Source: Gemmatimonadota bacterium (GTDB lineage: Bacteria; Gemmatimonadota; Gemmatimonadetes; Longimicrobiales; Gaopeijiaceae). Taken from it: a stretch of 64,000 nucleotides of DNA. The translations under genes were made by a program, and so were the position numbers. The stretch is taken from assembly GCA_039591855.1 (NCBI GenBank), contig JBDHCV010000002.1:1-64000 (forward strand). Reading direction: 5' to 3'. Positions 25,704-33,661 of the stretch are shown in pieces. Under the pieces are notes generated by a model, which was given only the letters and a program-made list of their open reading frames with translations, was not told the origin of the DNA and searched no databases. The stretch's first letter is position 1. Each line of letters opens with the position of its first letter.

Positions 25704-26791
25704 CTGCAGGCAACGACCGCCGCGTCGTCATGGCGCTTGCCGTAGCGCGACACCACACGATCGGCGATCACGGCGGCGCCATGAAAGCGGAGCTGTGGGT
25801 AGTCCTTGAAGGAGGTTCTCTCCGAGATCCCATCGCTGTGGATCAGGAGAACCTCGCCTTCCTGGAGAGTCGCGGTCTCGACGCGCACTTTCTTGAGTCG
25901 GGTCCCGACCGTTCCAGCGGTAGCGGCGATGCGGCGGGACGTGTCGCCCTCGAGGCGAAGAACCGTGTTCCCCACCGCGGCGTAGCGGAAGGCGCCCGAT
26001 CCCAGGTCTATCCAACAGAGCGACACAGCGGCTCCAACAGTCCGAGCAAGCCTCTCATTCACCTGGATCATCAACTGCTCCAGCTGAAGGGTTCCGCGCT
26101 CTCGGATCAGGCGAACCGCCGCCTTGGCCGCGGCATTCGCCTCACGCCCGTGCCCCATCCCATCCACGACCCCGATCAGGACGCCGCCGTCCGCCTCCGT
26201 GATCGAAACGGCGTCGCCGCTGACAAGTTCTCCCCGGCAAGGGCGGTTGACGAAGGCGAGTTCGAGCGTTGCGGCGGTATCACTCTTTCCCGGGAAACGA
26301 GCCTCTCCGCGCGTGGTGCCCCGCTCCGCGAATGCGTCACTGTGAGCCGACGCGACCGCAGCGGACCGATACCGCGACGATGAGTGACGAGAGCCCCTCC
26401 ACTTCCGCACGATCACCTTCGTCCCGACCCCGACTTTGGAGGTCAGATCGAAGTCATCGACCATCCGCCGCACACCGGGAAGACCGAGTCCCAGCGTTCC
26501 ACTGGAACTGAAGTGGTCCTGCAACGCCTCGTCGACGTCCTCGATCCCCGGTCCGCGATCCGTGACCGTGACCTGAAGTCCGGATCGGGATCCCTCCTGG
26601 ACCTCCTCGAGCAGGACGATTCCACTCGTGGCGTATTTGAGTACGTTGGTGGCGAGTTCCGAGACTACGGTCCCAAGGGCCTTGGCCTCGGACTCCTCGA
26701 ACCCTGCGCTCCGTGCGATGGCCACCGCGGAACCCACTGCGTGGGCGACGTCCGCGTCCCGTCGTACCCGCTGTATGGCCCTACGCGTCAT
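25691..26791 (-). CDS. RsbT/RsbW-like HATPase_c Ser kinase domain fused to a C-terminal PP2C (SpoIIE-like) phosphatase domain
   Basis: N-box ELATNVLKYA, G1 VTDRGPGI, G2 GTLGLGLPGV. Then PP2C motifs LIGVVDGMGHGREA and LIHSDGI. Confidence 0.75.
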   Translation of the reverse strand: MTRRAIQRVRRDADVAHAVGSAVAIARSAGFEESEAKALGTVVSELATNVLKYATSGIVLLEEVQEGSRSGLQVTVTDRGPGIEDVDEALQDHFSSSGTLGLGLPGVRRMVDDFDLTSKVGVGTKVIVRKWRGSRHSSSRYRSAAVASAHSDAFAERGTTRGEARFPGKSDTAATLELAFVNRPCRGELVSGDAVSITEADGGVLIGVVDGMGHGREANAAAKAAVRLIRERGTLQLEQLMIQVNERLARTVGAAVSLCWIDLGSGAFRYAAVGNTVLRLEGDTSRRIAATAGTVGTRLKKVRVETATLQEGEVLLIHSDGISERTSFKDYPQLRFHGAAVIADRVVSRYGKRHDDAAVVACRWER

Positions 26792-27269
26792 CGTCGTGCA
26801 CGACGGCCTGGGCCCAATCTTCCGGCGTCGCTTCGCCGGGCAATTCAGACCCCTCTGGGCCGGCTATCACCGGTCCGGAGACCTCCGAGCCGGACCCCTC
26901 CTCCTGACCGAAAACGCTGAATGCGTCGTCGAGCGTTGCGGTCGCTTCGACGCCTCTCGTGTCCACTCCGAGATCGATCAGCGCGGCCACGACCCCGGCG
27001 TTCAACCCCGACAACACCGTTCTTGCTCCCATGAGCAAAGCCATTCTCATGGTGTCCCTGATCGCCCGGTAATCCTCGCCATCCATCACGTCCACTCCGG
27101 ACAGATCGAGGATCACCCCCCGGGCACCCGACGCTTGGAGGAAGTCGAGGAGCTCGTCTCTGAACGCGGCCAAGATGCCCTCGTCCAGATCGACCTGTAT
27201 CGACGCGACGACGCACCCCTGGGCGAGCTGCAGGGGGATTCGGGAAAGCGAATCCGCCGCGGGCCTCAC
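26781..27269 (-). CDS. RsbS-like STAS-domain protein (stressosome scaffold/antagonist)
   Basis: 162 aa. STAS fold with ILDLSGVDVMDGEDYRAIRDT. Overlaps both neighbours by 4-11 nt. Confidence 0.7.
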   Translation of the reverse strand: MRPAADSLSRIPLQLAQGCVVASIQVDLDEGILAAFRDELLDFLQASGARGVILDLSGVDVMDGEDYRAIRDTMRMALLMGARTVLSGLNAGVVAALIDLGVDTRGVEATATLDDAFSVFGQEEGSGSEVSGPVIAGPEGSELPGEATPEDWAQAVVHDDDA

Positions 27270-28177
27270 CGCTCGCGCGTCCCTAGTCGGCCCGGAGCCC
27301 CGACGACATGAGACAACGCGTCCCTCATGGTCGCAGTGGTCTTGACCTCACCGACGTCGATGCCCAGATCGACGATCGTCTGTGCGATGGCGGGAGAGAC
27401 TCCTGAGATCGTGGTTTCACAGCCCATGAGTTTGGTGGCGCGGGTGATCTTGATCAGATGGTTCGCCACCGCGGTATCCACGACTCCCACACCGCTGATG
27501 TCGAGAATGAACACCCTGGCTTGGGTCTCCGAAATCTTACCGAGGGTCGCGTTCATGATGTCTCGCGAACGCTTGGAGTCGATGATCCCGACGATCGGTA
27601 GGAACAGCAATCCCTGCCAGATCTCGGTTACGGGCGTGGACATCTCCATCAGGGACCTGGATGCTGCGGTCAACTCCTGCTCCACCAGGTAGTTGTAGGT
27701 GTCCACAACGATAGCGGTGTCGAAGTGGAGTAGCTTGACCACGGACTCCACCATCAGGTCGCGGTCGCCTGGGTCGATGTCGCACTCCCGAATCGTCTCG
27801 CTGAACAACTCGTGGAACATGTTCATGCCGGCGAAGAAGATGTTGAGCGGCAACCCGATGCGGGCGTGGGTCTCGCCGACCACGGACCGGCGGCGCACAT
27901 AGTCCTCGTCGACCTGGCCGTCCATGAAGAGGTTCCAGTATGGCTCCTGGAGCTTCTGGACCCGGCGAACAGTCTCCGGATCGGAAAAGAACTGGTCATA
28001 GTCGGGATGCTCTTCCAACCAGGCATACCATCGGTCCACGATCTCGTCCATCCGGGCGAGCGCTAGCTCTCCGAAACTGCGGATCCGTTCCAGGTCTTCC
28101 TCTCCGATCCGGTACAAGTCCAGTAGTTCACGATGATCCGGATGGGTCGGGTGGTTGATCGCGTGATGGTCTGCCAT
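27266..28177 (-). CDS. RsbR-like stressosome sensor (N-terminal non-haem globin-like sensor domain + C-terminal STAS domain)
   Basis: 303 aa. C-terminal STAS with ILDISGVGVVDTAVANHLIKI and a conserved Thr region. N-terminal ~150 aa all-helical, as in RsbR. Confidence 0.7.
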   Translation of the reverse strand: MADHHAINHPTHPDHRELLDLYRIGEEDLERIRSFGELALARMDEIVDRWYAWLEEHPDYDQFFSDPETVRRVQKLQEPYWNLFMDGQVDEDYVRRRSVVGETHARIGLPLNIFFAGMNMFHELFSETIRECDIDPGDRDLMVESVVKLLHFDTAIVVDTYNYLVEQELTAASRSLMEMSTPVTEIWQGLLFLPIVGIIDSKRSRDIMNATLGKISETQARVFILDISGVGVVDTAVANHLIKITRATKLMGCETTISGVSPAIAQTIVDLGIDVGEVKTTATMRDALSHVVGAPGRLGTRER

Positions 28178-28241
28178 TGAATCCTCTTTGGTTGTTGACC
28201 AGGCCGCCGAAGTACATTCTGGTCAGCTCAATGCGTCGTGT

Positions 28242-30101
28242 CTATGCGTCGTGCGCTTCCGTGAGCCGGATCGCGTCCCGGAGGGTCCTCGCGGTGAGAA
28301 TGCCATCGAGTTCCACCCCCTGGTCGGCCATCTCGGAGGCCAACGCAGGTTGGATCCCGGAGATGATAACTCCCGCGCCGAGTAGCCGAGCTGACTGCGC
28401 TATGCCCAGGAGTTGGAGCGTCACGCGTTCATCCAGCCGAGGCACACCTGTGAGATCGAGAATCGCAAAGCGTGCCCCCTTCTCATGCAGTTCCCGGGTC
28501 AGGTTCCGACGGATCTGGTCGCAACGGACCTCGTCGAGCTCGCCGACGAGCGGGAGCACGACGACATCGTCATGGATCGGAATCAGGGGGGTAGAGAGCG
28601 CCTCGATGGATCGGTTCTGACGATCGATCAGGTCACGAAGCGACACGCGCATTGTCTCGAAACTCCTCGCGAGATCCCCGATCTCGTCCCCCCGGCCTAC
28701 ATCTACCTCGACCTCCAACTTCCCGTTTGCGAGTCGTGCTGCCGTCTCGGCGAGTCCAAGGATCGGGCGGACCAGATTCGCCGCGAACCAGAACCCCAGA
28801 AGACCCAGGAGGGGCAGGAGTCCGGCAAGAGCGATCAGCATTCTGCGACCCAGCGCTCCAACCGGAGCGAGGGCCTCCTGAACGTCGATCTCGCTCATCA
28901 ACACCCAGTCCAACCCAGTTATGGACAGGGGACGGAAGCTCGAGAACACCTCGATTCCTCGATAGTCGAGGAACCGCGCAACGCCGGATTCGCCAGTCAA
29001 CGCCCGTCGGACTCCTTCAGTCGACACCGGTTGGAGGCCGACCGCGCTCCCCTGGGCAGCGATGGCGCGAACCACATCCTCGCCCACCCCTCCCTCCCGG
29101 ATCGCCTGCAGATACCCCTCGAAGTCCTCGATCAGGAACCGGGATTCGGTGCGTAGCCGTTCGTCAGGGCCCACGAGGTAGGCCTCGCCGCTCTCGCCCA
29201 TCCCCACCGATCGCCAACCTCCACCGCTGGTCATGGTCTCGTTGATCCGGTCCAAGGGCAGTTGGAACACGAGGACTCCGAGGAGTTCATCCCCGTCCAT
29301 GACCGGAGACGCGATGAATGACGCCGGTGCGCCATACGAGGGCGGATAGGGCGCGAAGTCGATCAGGCGGCTGAAGGAGTCCGACTCGGACTCCCGGGCG
29401 ACCCGATACGCCTCCGCCAAATTGGAATCCCGGTGGGGGCCCACCTCCAGGGACGTGCCGAAATCCACCTCTTTGAACACGGTATACACGATCCGGTGGT
29501 CGGTCGCGCTCACCAGAAAGAGGTCGTAGAACCCGAACCGCTCCAGGAAGGACCTGAAAATCGGGTGATACAGCCCATGGACGCCATCGTAGCGGGTCCC
29601 CGAGTCAGACCCGTCGAGCAGTTGCTTCGACCCTACCTCGAACGGATTCCCGCTGATGAACAGGTGCTGGAGATGTCGCGCCGATTGGTCCTGGGGGATG
29701 TAGGCGGTGGCCGGTCCCGGATCGTCCACGTTCGCCGAGAGGCGAGGAAGGAATTCGTCCTGGTAGTACAGGCTGAGAGCGAGATTTGCTTCGCCGTCTA
29801 GGGGTGGGACGGCTCCAAGTTCCTCGGTCGCCGCGGAGAACTCCCGGAGGGCGTCTACTACCATCCGGTTCTCCGACAGGGAGACGACCTGAGCGCGGAT
29901 CATCTCGAAGTATGCTTCGACCTGGCGTCCCTTCAACTCGCGAACGGAGGTCAGGTGATCGATCGCCTGGCGCTCCAGGGTCGAAACTCCCAGCCGGTAC
30001 GACACCGTTGCCATCGTGCCGAGGGCCAGGACTGCGACCAGTCCCAGTACCACGTGCACCCTGTAGCGAATGGACCGGTCACGGCGGAAGGTATCGAGCA
30101 C
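28242..30101 (-). CDS. Membrane sensor: N-terminal TM, periplasmic dCache-like domain, second TM, HAMP, C-terminal STAS (RsbR-paralog-type membrane stressosome input)
   Basis: TM1 VVLGLVAVLALGTMATV, about 330-aa periplasmic region, TM2 LIALAGLLPLLGLLGFWFAANL, HAMP (PILGLAETAARLANGKLEVEVD...GDEIGDLARSFETMRVSL), then STAS ILDLTGVPRLDERVTLQLLGIA. Confidence 0.65.
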   Translation of the reverse strand: MLDTFRRDRSIRYRVHVVLGLVAVLALGTMATVSYRLGVSTLERQAIDHLTSVRELKGRQVEAYFEMIRAQVVSLSENRMVVDALREFSAATEELGAVPPLDGEANLALSLYYQDEFLPRLSANVDDPGPATAYIPQDQSARHLQHLFISGNPFEVGSKQLLDGSDSGTRYDGVHGLYHPIFRSFLERFGFYDLFLVSATDHRIVYTVFKEVDFGTSLEVGPHRDSNLAEAYRVARESESDSFSRLIDFAPYPPSYGAPASFIASPVMDGDELLGVLVFQLPLDRINETMTSGGGWRSVGMGESGEAYLVGPDERLRTESRFLIEDFEGYLQAIREGGVGEDVVRAIAAQGSAVGLQPVSTEGVRRALTGESGVARFLDYRGIEVFSSFRPLSITGLDWVLMSEIDVQEALAPVGALGRRMLIALAGLLPLLGLLGFWFAANLVRPILGLAETAARLANGKLEVEVDVGRGDEIGDLARSFETMRVSLRDLIDRQNRSIEALSTPLIPIHDDVVVLPLVGELDEVRCDQIRRNLTRELHEKGARFAILDLTGVPRLDERVTLQLLGIAQSARLLGAGVIISGIQPALASEMADQGVELDGILTARTLRDAIRLTEAHDA

Positions 30102-30113
30102 GGTTCGACTCGG

Positions 30114-30515
30114 TCAGACCTTTGAGACCTGAACGCGGCCCGCAGGCAGCGTCAGGTAGAACACCGGCTCGGTGATCACCGAGAGGACCGGGTAGATTCG
30201 GCCGCCTTGCTTCAGGACGTCGCCCAGGCGGACGGCGACTGTGGTACGCCCGTCTTCCGACCACTGGCTGTCAGAGGTCGTGGTGAAGGCGAGCCCCGGC
30301 CCGATCTGAGCGGCCAACGAGGTCGCTCCCCCCTCGTAGACGTTCACCACGGCCTCGGATGGATCCGGATTCGCTGCGATGGTCCATGCCCCGGTGTCGG
30401 GATCCTGGCTCAGAAAGTCCTCCAGTGATTCCCGGAACAGGATAGTGTCTGAGGTAAAACCACTCTCCTCCAACACCTGTCGGAGTCTCTCATCCATCTT
30501 CGCGTCATTCGTCAT
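30114..30515 (-). CDS. Hypothetical protein (133 aa from the internal start MTNDAKMDERL)
   Basis: ORF 30114..30578. The first 21 codons overlap the flotillin gene end, so the internal ATG is used. Acidic, no TM. Confidence 0.35.
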   Translation of the reverse strand: MTNDAKMDERLRQVLEESGFTSDTILFRESLEDFLSQDPDTGAWTIAANPDPSEAVVNVYEGGATSLAAQIGPGLAFTTTSDSQWSEDGRTTVAVRLGDVLKQGGRIYPVLSVITEPVFYLTLPAGRVQVSKV

Positions 30516-30537
30516 CCAGGCCACTCCGCTATTCGAT

Positions 30538-31827
30538 TCAGTCGAGTTCACCAGGGAGCCCCGCTTCGCCCCCCCCACTCCCCTTCGCCAGCCTCGCTAC
30601 GTCGATCCCCGTCGCGTTCTCCACCTGTTCCAACATGGTGATCGCGCTCTTCGAGAGGTTCTTCACGTAGTTTGGGAGCCCCTCCCCGTCGCCGCCGTCG
30701 AGAATGGTAAGCTTGTCCACCCGCAGGTTGTCGGCCATGACCCGAGTGACCTTGTCCAGGAGGCCCGGCAACATCTGGATCAGAAACAGGTCGCTGGTCG
30801 CGCCGCCGGCCACCTGCTTCTGCATCAACTCCACCGCCTCCGACATCGCCCTCCCGTTTTCGAGAATCCGAGAGGCCTTCCCCTCGGCCTCCATGGCGAG
30901 CGCCTTCTGCCGGGCCTGTGCCGGCACGACCGTATCAGCTTCCTCGCGATGGGCGCTGACCTCGACTCTCTTGGCCTCCAACTCGATCTCGCGCTCAGCT
31001 CGGGCGATCTCACCTGAGATAGCGGCCCGCCCCTCCGCCTCGTTCGCCTTCGCCGCGAGGTCCGCACGTTCTACAGCGAGTTCGTTCTCCCGGAGGATCA
31101 CCACCCTCTCCGAGGCGATCTCGGCCTCTCGGCCGATGCGGGTCTGCTCGGCCGCAACCTGGCGGGCCTCAGCCTCAGCCTCTGCCTCGGCAATACGGGC
31201 GTCCCGGCTCACCTCCGCAGTCCGCTTGCGGCCGATGGCATCCAGATATCCCTGGTCATCGGTGATGCTCTGGATCTGGAGGAAGTCCAGGACAATGCCG
31301 AGGCGGTTCAGGTCCTCGCGAGCACGCTCCACGACCTTCCCTGCGATTTCCAGGCGCTGGGCATTGGCCTCCTCCGGACTTACCGACGCGACGATGCCGC
31401 GAAGCGAACCCTCCAGCACCTGCCGCGCGGTCTTGTCCACGGCCTCCGTGCCCTTGCCAAGGAAGCGCTCCACAGCACTCTCAAGCCCCTCTTCGGGCCG
31501 CCCCGCCAGCTTCACGTTGGCCCGGCCCTCTATGTTCACGGGAATCATCCCGGCACAGAGAACCTTCGAGAGGTGAATGTCGACCGTGCGGGTCGTAAGG
31601 GGCAATCTCATCACCGACTCCACGAACGGTCGCTTGAAGCCCCGACCGCCCCGGATCACCCGGTACCCGATCGAGGTGCCGTCAGCGAGCTTGCGGGACC
31701 GCCCCGCCAGAATCACGACCTCGTTGGGCTGGCAAATCACCATGTTCGACTTGATGAACACGATGAGGAGGAACACGGCGAGTATCCCAACCCCGAGGGA
31801 AATCCCGATCAGTTGTGCTGAGTCCAT
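30538..31827 (-). CDS. SPFH/Band-7 family protein, flotillin-like (YqiK/FloA-like)
   Basis: N-terminal TM ISLGVGILAVFLLIVFI, SPFH domain, then long Ala/Glu-rich coiled coil (EAEAEAEARQVAAEQTRIGREAEIASE...), characteristic of bacterial flotillins. Confidence 0.75.
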   Translation of the reverse strand: MDSAQLIGISLGVGILAVFLLIVFIKSNMVICQPNEVVILAGRSRKLADGTSIGYRVIRGGRGFKRPFVESVMRLPLTTRTVDIHLSKVLCAGMIPVNIEGRANVKLAGRPEEGLESAVERFLGKGTEAVDKTARQVLEGSLRGIVASVSPEEANAQRLEIAGKVVERAREDLNRLGIVLDFLQIQSITDDQGYLDAIGRKRTAEVSRDARIAEAEAEAEARQVAAEQTRIGREAEIASERVVILRENELAVERADLAAKANEAEGRAAISGEIARAEREIELEAKRVEVSAHREEADTVVPAQARQKALAMEAEGKASRILENGRAMSEAVELMQKQVAGGATSDLFLIQMLPGLLDKVTRVMADNLRVDKLTILDGGDGEGLPNYVKNLSKSAITMLEQVENATGIDVARLAKGSGGGEAGLPGELD

Positions 31828-31857
31828 TGTCCGTCCTCTCCGATCTCGGAGCTCGGT

Positions 31858-33297
31858 CTACACGTTGAAATAGAGCGCAAACTCGGCAGGGTGCGGACGA
31901 AGCCGCACGTATTCGAGTTCGTCTGTACGCTTGGTCTGGATCCAGGTATCGATCACGTCCCTGGTAAAGACGTCTCCCCGCAGCAGGAACTCGTGGTCCC
32001 GCTCCAAGGCGTCCAGTGCCTCGCCAAGGCTCGCGGGGGTCCGTCCGATGGCCTTGCCACGCTCTGTCTCCGCCAGCGCATATAGATCCTCGTCCACCGG
32101 GTCCGGTGGCTCGATATCGCTGAGCACGCCATCCATTCCCGCCATGAGCAGGGCGGCGAATCCCAGGTATGGATTGCAGGAGGGGTCGGGGGTACGGAAC
32201 TCGATGCGCTTCGCCTTGGGACTGGACCCCCCGACCGGAACTCGTACACAGGCGCTTCGGTTGCGGCCCGAGAAGATCAGGTTCATCGGAGCCTCATACC
32301 CGGGCACCAGACGCCGGTAGGAGTTGGTGGTCGGCGAGCAGATGGCACAGAGCGCCGGCGCGTGCTTCAGGAGTCCGCCGATGAACTGTAGGGCGAACGG
32401 ACTCAGGTCAGCGTATCCGCCCTCCTTGTAGAACAGATTCTGCCCGGCCTTCCAGAGGCTCACGTTCATGTGCATGCCCGAGCCGTTTTCCTGTAGAAGG
32501 GGCTTGGGCATGAAGGTAGCGGTCTTCTTGTAGCGGTCGACGACGTTCTTGACGGTGTACTTGTACTTTATCGCCGCGTCGGCCTGAAGCAGGAGGGTGC
32601 CGAAGCGGAATCCGATCTCACACTGCCCCGCAGCACCCACCTCGTGATGGTGCAGTTCCGGCTCCAGCCCCACCTGCTGCAGCACGTTGGAGATCTTGGA
32701 TCGCAGGTTGTTGTACTGATCGACCGGTGGCGCCGCGAAGTAAGCCTGCTTCCGGCCGGCCTGGTGCCCCAGACTCGGGCCCCCTTCCTGCCCACCTGAG
32801 CTCCAGAACGCAGCGGCGCTGTTCAGGAAATAGTAGCCGTGCTGGGTCGCCTGATCGAAGCGGACCTCATCGAACACGAAGAACTCGATCTCGGGTCCGA
32901 AGAAGACCTGGTCGGCCAGCCCGAGTGACCGGGCGAGTCGTTCAGCTCGCCCCGCGATCCCTCGTGGATCCCTGGAGTAGGGGGTCCGACGGATCGGATC
33001 GGCGATGTCGCAGAAGACGGAGAGCGCCGGATCGTCAAAAAAGGGATCCTTGAATACCGAGGCCGGGTCCGGCATCAGCAACATGTCGCTCTCGCTGATC
33101 TTCTGGAACCCCCGAACGGACGACCCGTCGAAGGCAAATCCGTTTCGGAACGTGTCCTCGTCCACGGCTTCGCTGGGTACGGTCAGGTGCTGAAGCGTGC
33201 CGATGAGATCCACGAACTTCAGGTCGAGAAACCGGATTCCGTCCTCTCGGATCATCTTCATCACGTCGCGCGCCGTGGCGCGCCGGTCCCTAGACAT
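31858..33297 (-). CDS. glnA: Glutamine synthetase type I
   Basis: 479 aa. GS motifs FDGSSVRGF, ATFMPKPLLQENGSGMHMNVSLWK, NSYRRLVPGYEAP, and the adenylylation-loop region. Confidence 0.9.
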   Translation of the reverse strand: MSRDRRATARDVMKMIREDGIRFLDLKFVDLIGTLQHLTVPSEAVDEDTFRNGFAFDGSSVRGFQKISESDMLLMPDPASVFKDPFFDDPALSVFCDIADPIRRTPYSRDPRGIAGRAERLARSLGLADQVFFGPEIEFFVFDEVRFDQATQHGYYFLNSAAAFWSSGGQEGGPSLGHQAGRKQAYFAAPPVDQYNNLRSKISNVLQQVGLEPELHHHEVGAAGQCEIGFRFGTLLLQADAAIKYKYTVKNVVDRYKKTATFMPKPLLQENGSGMHMNVSLWKAGQNLFYKEGGYADLSPFALQFIGGLLKHAPALCAICSPTTNSYRRLVPGYEAPMNLIFSGRNRSACVRVPVGGSSPKAKRIEFRTPDPSCNPYLGFAALLMAGMDGVLSDIEPPDPVDEDLYALAETERGKAIGRTPASLGEALDALERDHEFLLRGDVFTRDVIDTWIQTKRTDELEYVRLRPHPAEFALYFNV

Positions 33298-33309
33298 CAG
33301 CGTCCCCCG

Positions 33310-33645
33310 TCACGACAGAATCCGCGGACCGCGTTCGCCGGTCCAGATCGAGATGACCTCATGCAGCTCCGTTACGAAGATCGATCCCCATCCACCGATC
33401 TCGTGAGCCCCGTCGGAGATGGCCTGGATCGCCCGCTCCAGGTCGGCGTCGGTAACCGCTAGTTCGACCCGCACACGCCGAAACAGGCTCACCTTCTGCT
33501 CCACCCCCCGGTATTTGCGCTGCTCCGTTCGCGGCGCGGTGCCCATTACGGTCGAAGCGGTGAGCTTGGGGAATCCCGCCTCGTGTAGACTCGTCTTCAC
33601 GGACGGAAGTTGTTCCGGCCGGATCACGGCGACGACCAGCTTCAT
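33310..33645 (-). CDS. glnK: Nitrogen regulatory protein P-II (GlnB/GlnK)
   Basis: MKLVVAVIRPEQLPSVKTSLHEAGF and a T-loop region (TEQRKYRGVE, uridylylation Tyr). 112 aa from the internal ATG; the track ORF has a 23-codon upstream extension. Confidence 0.85.
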   Translation of the reverse strand: MKLVVAVIRPEQLPSVKTSLHEAGFPKLTASTVMGTAPRTEQRKYRGVEQKVSLFRRVRVELAVTDADLERAIQAISDGAHEIGGWGSIFVTELHEVISIWTGERGPRILS

Positions 33646-33661
33646 GGCCAGGTCCTCCCGC

